A stretch of DNA of 63,842 nucleotides, the filler included, from Collodictyon triciliatum (Eukaryota), in assembly GCA_043381765.1 (NCBI GenBank). It is 6 parts of 6 records of this genome, joined end to end, with 100 filler letters (N's around TTAATTAATTAA, not from the genome) between each part and the next. Parts side by side here need not be neighbours in the genome. Positions count along the whole stretch, not along the records: positions 1 to 16,512 come from JBHJMP010001542.1; 5 more parts are not named here. One strand, 5' to 3'. Positions 1-11,300 of the stretch are shown here, in pieces. The translations under genes were made by a program, and so were the position numbers. The notes beneath the pieces were generated by a model. That model was not told the DNA's origin, searched no databases, and saw only the letters and a program-made list of their open reading frames with translations. Each line of letters starts with the position of its first letter. The stretch's first letter is position 1.

Positions 1-117
1 AAACGTGGTTTTTGTGCAAAACCAAAGGGAAACGTGGTTTTTGTGCAAAACCAAAGGGAAACGTGGTTTTTGTGCAAAACCAAAGGGAAACGTGGTTTTA
101 GTGCAAAACCAAAGGGG
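1..117. repeat. 29-bp tandem repeat (AAACGTGGTTTTTGTGCAAAACCAAAGGG) x4 with internal hairpin
   Basis: Four near-perfect units run from the window start. Each contains the inverted repeat TGGTTTT-TGTGC-AAAACCA. The array directly abuts the truncated left copy of the ORF1-like element. Confidence 0.95.
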
Positions 118-118
118 A

Positions 119-1655
119 TGTCGAGCAAATCGTTTAAACAAGAATAAGGCCCGCAGGCTCACAGATGCGCTCGCCTCCTTCTTGAAAGCGACCAAACTTT
201 GGGAAGAGTCCATCCAATTGCGCTTACCAGACAGCGAAGGGCTTTGCCTGATTGCCTTCCGCACTGCAGAAAACACCCGAAAGCTTCTGGAGCTGAAGCA
301 GGTAATTTTGAGCGATATTACAATCAGCTTAAGCAGAAGTAAACCAACAAAGACCTCGGTGATGCTCTACCAACTATCGCTGGAAGTGTGACCGCAACTC
401 CTTCGCGAGGAGCTGAATCCGTTCAGACCGACCCACGTGGAGATCAAAAAGGACAAAGGTTTCTTCACAGACACGGCCGTGGTGAAGATTCTTTGTCACA
501 AGAACCAGCTCCCTGCAAAGTTTACGGTCATGGGTAAGAAGTGTCCAAAGCGCATCCTCAAAGAGCATCCGCCAGCCGAGAACAACGAACGACAAGCAAA
601 AGTTCCGCAAAAGTATACACCTGCCAAGCAGGCAAGCAGCAACGGGTCAAGGAAGCCAAGGCCAGGAAACAACAGAGTCCGCAAGGCTCACAGCAGATAC
701 GCACATACAGCGATAGCGACGAAAGCATGGAAGGAAATCTCGGTTCCTCTTCAGAATCTTCGCACTCGAGCCCTCCACCGCCAACACCGGACAAGCCCGC
801 ACATCGCAAGACCCATTAGCAGCGCATCTCCAAACCCCGAAAGAAATCCCCCCCCTTAAACTACCCATTCAGACTGACGTGAATATGGTTAAAATAAGAA
901 GGCCTCAAGGCAGTCTTCGTTACTTATCCGAAAGGATACTCCAAAGCGAAGGCATCACAAAAACCAGCGCCCACCAAAGATAGTACGTTTATCCTGCCCC
1001 AGCCCGTCGAACCGAGAACCAAGGAGCAAGAGCAAACAGCACAAGTCGAATCCAAGCTTGGAACTTCACACACCAAAAACAGTCCGAGCAAGCAGGAGCG
1101 TATGTTTCTAAAACCACAAATGTGTATCCATACTCCGGTTAAGCAAAGTCCACTGCCAAATACGCATGGTTCCGAAACCAGGGGACAGTCAAGCGTCACT
1201 TCATTGAATACCAGACAAACAACGATGTGTCGCTTTTTGTCAGAGTCGCCCAGCAAGAAACGCAAGGAAAGGGACTCGTTGTCCCCTCAAAAGACTCATC
1301 CAGTGGAAAGAAATAGGATGTAAACCTTGTCTGAGATAGATGGTTGAAAGGACTCGTCGTAATCGCTTATCGAAGTAACTGCCATGTGCGTACTTTCATC
1401 GACCCGACAACTTTATCCGCTCTTCTGTCAGTCTCGAATGCAACCAGAAATCGCGTTTGAGCTGATTCACCTCGGGTAGAATAGCCTGCGTGTGAGAGCA
1501 CTTTCTTTTTCATTTCTATTTTTTTTCTCTTTTTTTCTTTCCCCCAAAACACAAAAACTCCAACCACACAATCCGGGGTTTTCCACTGTCTTGTCCATAG
1601 CTCATTTTATCCCAGAGGCGAAGGCGGTTTCCTCGGCTTTGTTTTCTCTTAGTAA
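119..1655 (+). mobile_element. Degenerate non-LTR-like element encoding a LINE ORF1p-like tandem-RRM protein (left copy, 5'-truncated)
   Basis: Reverse complement of ~14929-16443 (4-5 mismatches per 60 bp in windows checked by eye). The broken reading frame gives LCLIAFRTAENTRKLLELKQV...TSVMLYQLSLEV*PQLLREEL..F...FFTDTAVVKIL...LPAKFTVMG, resembling the two RRM-like domains of L1/Tx1-type ORF1p. It has stops and frameshifts, and no RT/ORF2 follows. Confidence 0.6.
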
Positions 1656-4600
1656 AACTGTTGAAATACAAACAAAATGCATATCTATTATATCATGATA
1701 TTGTATTATACGCAGCTAAATTTCTTCAAATATAATATACATCATAAATTCCATAATTGTATCCATATGAAGAATATTCGTAATCAACTTTGTCATCATT
1801 CCCTCTATTTTCCACAAATGTATGTTGCTGATATTGCGAACACTCACCCCACTTTTAAATTTTGTCAAAACTCCGAACATGGATTGATTAATCACAAACA
1901 AATAAACCACATACATCACTTGACTCCGGAGATGGCGAAGCTCGTGTTGGAAGCAGACCAAGCCCTCCTCGTCCCGGATTCGCCTATTTCTTCCGCCTCA
2001 AGCTTACAATCACTGACTAAAGAATAAAAGAAAAAGGAACGAACACTTTTATTTTATGCAAAGAAACACTGTTTCACCCCAGAGCGTGCATCTTTATGTG
2101 TTGTTTTGAAACATATTGTATGAGAAGCATCTTTCATTTCGGCCATTTGATGTCAGCAATCTGGTTTTTAAAATCGCTTTTCAAATTATTAAACTCCTGT
2201 GCTCTTCCATTAAAAAGATTCCGTTTGATTAGGGTCTTAGGCTGGCGGTCTTTCCTCAGGGTCACGGGAGAAATAAATATTAACAATATTGATATACCAA
2301 CAGCAGCGAAAGAAAAAAAATCAGAAGTATTATTTTAACTTCAGGACGTGCAAAAGGTTCACATTTTTTATCCATGAAGTAAAATATTTAGTTTTTGTGT
2401 TCAGGTTGAAATCAATCTCTCAAATATCTCATGTGCACGAGCAGCATTATCCAAGCATTCTCATTTTCAAAGGTTTTTATTTATTAATTAACTATCATGT
2501 GAAGGAAAAGATTATTCTTTCATGATTATTTTTTAGAAACAAAATCTTCACCAAAGAAACATATGTCACATTTTTATGATATAGCTCACTTGAGACGGTA
2601 TTCCTGCGTATCAAACATCCATGATAGTAATTATTGATTCACACGCAGCCATTTTTCTCGAATAATAGTATCTGAAATATTTATGAAGATGGTAAAGGTA
2701 TTTGCATTAAAATTATTTGATTTTGAATAAACTATCATTTTCGATTTCAAGAACACTTTTTGCGCCGATTGTGTAATTTTTTATTATAATGGTTTATAAA
2801 TAAAAATTGATGTGGTGTAATATTCCACCAGAATCTTGGTTGATAAAAGCGAGAAAACTTTGGCCAGATGTCAAATCAAGAAAGCCAGCATTAGCTTTAC
2901 GCCTACTCGCATACTATATCTCGATTTCCTTTGATTTTTTACCGACTATTAGCAACTTTCAAATGTCTAGGTTTATCAAGATAAGCCTCATCTAAAATTT
3001 TTGTAATTCAAATCATAAAAACTTTTTATCAGTGGTATAATGCATCATACTTCTCTTTTTAAAAAAATCATTCTTAAAATTCACACCTAAAGTTTTTCAT
3101 AGATTATGATGCCTTCATCATTATGCTGTGGGTTTATAAATTGTCCCTTTTCTTCAATCATTCTTGACTGTACGATAGGTATTGCAAGTTTCGTTATTCG
3201 AACCGATAATCATGAATATTCTTTATTGTTCGATATGCAATTTTTTCTAGCCATCGAATTCATTTTCTATTTTAGAATAATTCATATGGTTCTTCATTAT
3301 TACAAATTACTGCTGATTAAATGGACATAGTAATTCATTTAACCTATTTCATATTTTATGTTGAAACTCTACGGAAGTTTGTAAGCCCATCATGAGCGTG
3401 GAGAGCTTAGGTACAATCAAAATTCCTTTATTTCTCCTCAATGAAGCATCTTGAGCGGTTAGGCAGAAGATATTTTGGAGCACTGATGATATTTTTATTC
3501 GTTTTTGGGTGATTGCATTTTTTTTTGAAAATTATGGTGTAATTTTTTTATGCGATCGTATAATTAAGCTTAGTTATACCATCACCGTTGCTCACGATTC
3601 CGAAGCAAAAAAATACAAAAGAACAATTGCATCAGTTTCTTGGACATCTGCGCTATACTCACTTATCCATGGAACATCAAATCTCTTCGAAACGGAACCC
3701 ACCGGTTATAATTCCCTCAATTTACCAACAATATCTTTTAAAAAATCATCCTCCTTTTCCATACTTTGATATAATGATACATTTTATTGAGACGATATCA
3801 GGGTTTTATTATGCTCTCTCTTCATTATTAGATTTCGTGGATTTATTGTGTAACTCTGACAATTATAAGGTAAGGAAACAACGATATTCTTGTACCTCAA
3901 AAATTAAAAATAATCGATAGGTAAAAGTGTTGAATTCTTTCTATTTGAAATGGTGACTTAAGCAATTTATCTTGTGTCTTTTTTCGAATGATATATTAGC
4001 TAAACCGTATTTGATTTGCTTTTTCCGTTTTTTCACATGCGATAAATATGAACTTAATTAATTTAATTTCATATAATTTTTCATCAGATTAGATATAAAT
4101 ATTTCGATAAAATGAAGCGCTTATTTCATTTTGTAATCTATCTGGATAGAAGCGGTTAATATATTGATTGGAATAAATTATAAAATTTTCACACAATAAT
4201 GATCCATATGAATTTACATATCTTTATTGATTTTATTTGAATAGAATAATTCTAGGCTTTTCAGAGTATCATCTTATCTTTGGAATTTAGTGTAAGGTAA
4301 ATGCAAACGACTTAATTTGGTTATTTTGTAATATTATGAGTAAATGAATGATTATTCGCATTATTCCAAAATTTTAAAATGGTTTATAGGAACTTTTATG
4401 TAGAATTGACGAATTTAAGTTGAATTACACCGATTTAAAAGGCTTCATGTTTTACATCTTATTTATATTTATTTTTAAATCACAACTTGTCATAATTAAA
4501 TCGGGTTACTGAAAAGATTTATCATCTTTTCCATTTTTGGTGATGTAGAAAAAGAAAAATGAAATTAAGGGAAATTTTGATTATATACTTGTCAAACTCA

Positions 4601-5340
4601 CGTAGCATATTTTTAACCCAAAGATTAAAATTCAATCTTTAAATACTATTAAATTTTAGATAGATTTTCTAGTGCAAATTAGTGTAATATTCGGTTCTTT
4701 ATTTGACATAAATTTCAACTTCTATTTAAACTATAGATTCTATTTATTTTAACTAAAATTACAGACATGATTAATATACTAAAAATGAGGATTGATTAAG
4801 ACAAAACCAAAATGTTCAGCATTATTAAAAATTGAAATAAAATATGACTTTATTTTCTAGAATATCAACACAATTTTCTAATACATTTTATGATACTTAT
4901 GTGCGAAATTATAAAATCTATCGAAATTTACATCTTAAAAAAGCTGTAAAAAGAGAAATATTCTTAAAAACTACACTTCACAATTATCATTTATAAAATA
5001 TTTTTAGTCAAATGATATTATACCATGCAACTAAGATATGTTAGTTTATAAAATTGTGCCTTGGCTTTTTTTTCCATACTCTCATACACATTATGCTATC
5101 ATGTTATATGAATATTTCTGTTACACTTAGAAATAGTGATAAAACTTCGAATTATAATTGAATTTCTGTTCAAAATTAGTCGATCAAAAATTCAAAATAA
5201 CGGAAATACGATTACATATCAGTTACTATCAAATAGCAATCACAATATTCGAATTAATTAGAAAACAGAAGGCCGAAAATTACAAGAAAATATTGGATGA
5301 ATTAAGAGAGGTATAAGATGCTGATTATTGAAAAAATCTG

Positions 5341-8300
5341 ATGAATTATAATACGTCAATAGGCTCTACACCAATGAGGAAAAGTCCACAACTTCAGCAA
5401 ATAATACTGGGTAAGCCCTTTTCATTTCTAATCATTCTCTTTTCTATTATAACAAATACTTTATTAGCAATCACCATCCTTGGATACATTTCGTGTTCTT
5501 CTGCGCAAGTTTATTCGATTTACACTGTCGGAACGGGCCATACAAGTACTGTGTGGAGTGTTGCTGTTACTCCTGATGGTTCAAAAATTGTTTCAGGGAG
5601 TTCTGATAAAACAATAAAAATTTGGAATTTTTCAGATGGAGATTTGGTTCGCACATTGACTGGTCATACTAGTACTGTTATGAGTGTTACTATCACTCCT
5701 GATGGTTCAAAAATTGTTTCTGGAAGTAGTGGTAGCTCAATTATAATATGGAATCTATCTGATGGAGATTTGGTTCGCACACTGACTGGTCATACTAGTA
5801 CTGTTTGGAGTGTTGTTGTTACTCCTGATGGCTCAAAAATTGTTTCGGGAGGCGCTTGGCCAGATCAAACGATCAAAATTTGGAATCTTTCAGATGGAGC
5901 TTTGATTCGCACATTGACTGGTCACATTGATTCTGTTCGTAGTGTTACTATCACTCCTGATGGTTCAAAAATTGTCTCTGGAAGTGTTGATAGAACAATA
6001 AAAATTTGGAATCTTTCTGATGGAGCTTTGATTCGCACTTTGTCTGGTCATTATAGCACAGTTTGTGGAATTAATGTAACTCCCGATGGCTCAAAAATTG
6101 TTTCTGGAAGTGATGACCGAACAGTAAGACTTTGGAGTTTTAATGATGGAAGTCCTGTTTACTCAAGAGGTTCCAGGATTATGAGTGTTCTTACTTTTGA
6201 TCCGAAGTCGATTTTTATTTCAGCACATTCAGACAACATCATTAGAATATGGAATCTGTTAAATGGAAATCTAATCAGGTCATTGATTGGACACAATAAT
6301 GTCGTCAACGCGCTGACTTTAACAGCAGATGGCTCCAAAGTAATTTCTGGAAGTTCAGACAAAACAATAAAAGTATGGAATGTTGACGACGGGTCTTTGA
6401 TTCAATCATTTGAAATTCATACTGAAGCAGTTAACTCGGTTACTTTGACAGCGGGTGAAACTAGTGTTATATCCGGAAGTAGCGATAAAACAATAAAAAT
6501 TACCAACATATCTGATGGAAGATTAATTAGAACATTAAGTGGACACACTGGAATAGTAACGAGTGTTGCTTTTAATCCTGACAGCTCAAAAATTGTGTCT
6601 GGAAGTGCTGACAAAACCATCAAAGTTTGGAGTTTTTTTGACGGAACATTAGTTCAAGATATAAAATTTCACACTGATTCTGTAAATTCTGTTGCTATAA
6701 ACATAGATGGAAGAAAAATTGTTTCTGCAAGCAGCGATAAAACAATCAAAATAACAAGCATTTTAGATGGAACTCTAATTCGCACACTCAATGGGCACAC
6801 TGGGATTGTGAGAACAGTCTCTATTTTTACGGATGGCTCTAAAATTATTTCTGGAGGCAGTGATAATACAATTAGAATTTGGAATTTTTCAAATGGAGTG
6901 ACTATACATATTCTGAGTGAACATGGAGGTCCAGTAAATGGAATATCAGTTCTCTCAGATGGCACGAAATTTTTGTCAGGAAGCGATGACACAACAATCA
7001 AAATGTGGAGCTTTCCTGATTTCAGCTTGATTTTGACAGTTTCAGGCCACTCAAGTTCAGTGAATAGCGTTGCTTTGAGCCAAGATAAAACAAAAATTGT
7101 ATCAGGAGGCAGTGATAACACAATTAGAATCTGGAATTATGCTGATGGTTCTCAAGCGCTTTCAATAAATGCCCACACGAATTCTGTGAATAGTATAGTT
7201 GTTTCGGCTGATGGAACAAAAATCGTGTCAGGAAGCAGTGATAGCACAATAAAAATGTGGAATTTCTCGGATGGTTTATTATTGAAAACCTTTAATGGAC
7301 ATACTTCAGCTGTTCGAAGCGTTGCAATATCATCAGATAATTCTGTTATAGTATCAGGAAGTGATGATACAAATATAAATGTTTGGAGAGTTTTAGATGG
7401 TATTTTAACTCGTACCTTATCAGGACATACAAAAGGAGTGAATTCTGTTTTTATCATTCCTGACAATACCAAAATTATATCAGGCAGTGCTGATTTTTCA
7501 ATAAAAATATGGAATTTATCAGATGGAACATTACTCAGGACCATAACTGGTCATGGAAATGCTGTCAGATGTGTGATTACCTCTCTAGATGGAACAAGAA
7601 TCATATCTGGAAGCAGCGATAACACAATCAAAATTTGGAATATATCAGATGGCACTTTAATTAGAACAATAACAGGACACTCAAACTCAGTAAATAGCGT
7701 TTCAGTATCAACTGATGGAACAAAATTATATTCTGGGAGCAGTGATAAATCAGTCAAAATTTGGACACTGTCAGACGGTAGAGTAATTCGAACACTTCTG
7801 AGTCACACCGGTTCCGTCAATAGCGTTTTAGCTACCACTGATTCAAATATAATTTCAGCAAGCACTGATAAATTTATCAAACTCTGGAGTCCATGCCAAG
7901 GAGGATACTTTTTCAACCAACAATCAAATACATGCGAAAAATGTCCAATTGGCTCTTACAACAACGGAAATGAACTCACCTCTTGTTTATTATGTCCAAC
8001 TGGAACTTATAATCCATCGACTGGCTCAACGAGTCTTAGAGATTGCCTCCCATGTGAGGAAGGAACATACAATAATTTTGTGGGTCAATCAATTTGCAAG
8101 AAATGCGAGGCTGGAACATTTAATAATCTAAAAGGTCAAATTACATGTAGTAATTGCACTGCTGGATTTTACAGCAATTCAGGAGACAAGTCTTGTGTTC
8201 CGTGCCCTGCAGGAACATTCAATCCAACCATCAGAGGTGCTGGAAATTCTTCATGTCTTTTATGCGAACCAGGAACATACAACAGCGTCGATGGAAAGTC

Positions 8301-11300
8301 AAGCTGCTTCGATTGTCCTGTTGGGTTTTTTATGAATGAGAAAGGAAAGCAATTTTGTAATCCATGTCCGACTGGAACTTACTCAAACAAAACAAAATCA
8401 ATCACCTGTGAAAAATGCCCGGCTGGTTCATTCAATCAAAATGTTGCATCAAACAGTATCAACAACTGCCTACCGTGTCCTAAAGGAAGATTTTCATCAA
8501 AAACAGGCGAATCAACTTGTGAACTTTGTCAGCCTGGCTCATACAATCCACATAGTGGTCAACACTCGTGCATCAATTGTACAGATGGCACTTATAATCC
8601 AAAGTTTGGTTCAACAAGCAACTTCTCATGTATTAATTGTCCACAAGGCACTTTTGGAAACAGTAACAGAGACGATTGCATATCATGTCCAGCTGGAAAA
8701 TTCAACGATAAAATTGGCTCATTCAATGAATCATTATGCATTTCATGTCCGAATGGGAGTTACAGCTCAGATAGAAGCGCATCGTGTAGTTTATGCTTAT
8801 CAGGATTCTATCAAAAAGAAGGAATCGATAAAGACTCGAAATCGTGCTACGCATGTCCAAAAGGCACATTCAACTCAAACTCCGGCTCATATAGCAACAA
8901 ATCATGCATTGAATGTCCACAAGGGACTTGGAATGACAGAGATGGTCAAGCATCATGCACTTCGTGTCCAGCTGGTACATTCAACGATAAAATTGGCTCA
9001 TTCGATCAATCATCATGCATTTCATGTCCAGATGGAAGTTACAGCTCGGTTGGAAGCGCTTCATGCAGCTTATGTTCATCAGGATTCTATCAAAAAGAAG
9101 ATATCACAAAAGACTCGAAATCATGTTATGCTTGTTCAAAAGGCACATTCAACTCAAACTCCGGCTCATATGGAAAAAAATCATGTATTGAATGTCCACA
9201 AGGTACTTGGAATGATAGAGACGGTCAAGCATCATGCACATCATGTCCCGCTGGCACATTCAACAACAAAACTGGCTCATTCAATCAATTATCATGCATT
9301 TCATGTCCAAATGGAAGCTACAGCTCAGTTGGAAGCGCTTCATGCAGCTTATGCTCATCAGGATTCTATCAAAAAGAAAATATCACAAAAGACTCGAAAT
9401 CATGCTATGCTTGTCCGAAAGGCACATTCAACTCAATATCTGGCTCATATGGAAACGAATCATGTAATGAATGTCCACAAGGTACTTGGAATGATAGAGA
9501 TGGTCAAGCATCATGCACATCATGTCCCACTGGTACATTCAACAGTAAAACTGGCTCGTTCAATCAATCATCATGTATTTCATGTCCAAATGGAAGCTAC
9601 AGCTCAGTTGGAAGTTCATCGTGCAGTCTATGCTCATCAGGGTTCTATCAAAAAGAAAATATCACAAAAGACTCTAAATCATGCTATGCTTGTCCGAAAG
9701 GTAGATTCAACTCAAACTCCGGCTCATATGGCAACAAATCATGCATTGAATGTCCACAGGGTACATGGAACGATAAAGATGGTCAAGCATCATGCACATC
9801 ATGTCCCGCTGGCACATTCAACAACAAAACTGGCTCATATAATCAATCATCATGTATTTTATGTTCAAACGGAAGCTGCAGCTCAGAAAGAAGCGCATCA
9901 TGCACTTCATGTTCACCAGGATTCTATCAAATAGAAGGAATCATAAAAGACTCAAGCTCATGCTATGCTTGTCCGAAAGGCACATTCAACTCAAACTCCG
10001 GCTCATATGGCAACAAATCATGCATCGAATGTCCACAAGGTACTTGGAATGATAGAGACGGTCAAGCATCATGCACATCGTGTCCAGCTGGCACATTCAA
10101 CGACAAAACTGGCTCATTCAATCAATCATCATGTATTCCATGTCCCAATGGAAGCTACAGCTCAGAAAGAAGCGCATCATGCAGCTTATGCCCGACAGGA
10201 TTCTATCAAAAAGAAGAAATCACAAAAGACTCGAAATCATGTTATGCTTGTTCAAAAGGCACATTCAACTCAAAATCCGGCTCATATGGAAATGCATCAT
10301 GTATTGAATGTCCACAAGGTACTTGGAATGATAGAGACGGTCAAGCATCATGCACATCATGTCTCGCTGGCACATTCAATAACAAAACCGGCTCATTCAA
10401 TCAATCATCATGCATTTCATGTCCCAATGGAAGCTACAGCCCAGAAAGAAGCTCATCATGCAGCTCTTGCTCATCAGGATTCTATCAAAAAGAAAATATC
10501 ACAAAAGACTCGGAATCATGCTACACTTGTCTAAAAGGCACATTCAACTCAATATCCGGCTCATATGGAAACATATCATGTATTCAATGTCCACAAGGTA
10601 CTTGGAATGATAGAGATGGTCAAGCATCATGCACATCATGTCCCGCTGGTACATTCAACAACAAAAGTGGCTCATATAATCAATCATCATGCATTTCATG
10701 TCAAAATGGAAGCTACAGCTCAGAGAGAAGTGCATCGTGCATTTTGTGCTCACCAGGATTCTATCAAAAAGAAAATATCACAAAAGACTCAGAATCATGC
10801 TACGCTTGTTCAAAAGGCACATTCAACACAAACTCCGGCTCATATGGCAACCAATCATGTATTGAATGTCCACAAGGTACTTGGAATGATAAAAACGGTC
10901 AAGCATCGTGTACATCATGTCCAGCTGGTACATTCAACAATAAAACTGACTCATTTAATCAATCATCATGTATTTCATGTCCAAATGGAAGCTACAGCTC
11001 AGAAAGAAGCGCATCATGCAGCTTATGTTCATTAGGATTCTATCAAAAAGAAAATATCACAAAAGACTCGAAATCATGCTATGCCTGTTCAAAAGGCACA
11101 TTCAACTCAAACTCCGGCTCATATGAAAACATATCATGTATTGAATGTCCACAGGGTACATGGAACGATAAAGAGGGTCAAGCATCATGCACATCATGTC
11201 CAGCTGGTACATATAATAACAATACTGGCTCATACAATGTATCATTATCATGTATTTCATGTCCAAACGGAAGCTACTGCTCAGCTGGAAGCGCATCATG

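Noticed and set aside
1-117. CRISPR-like palindromic 29 bp repeats
   Set aside because: Units are head-to-tail with no spacers, there are no cas genes, and the context is eukaryotic.
6159-7757. Antisense ORFs over the WD40 region
   Set aside because: Antisense shadows of the repetitive coding frame.
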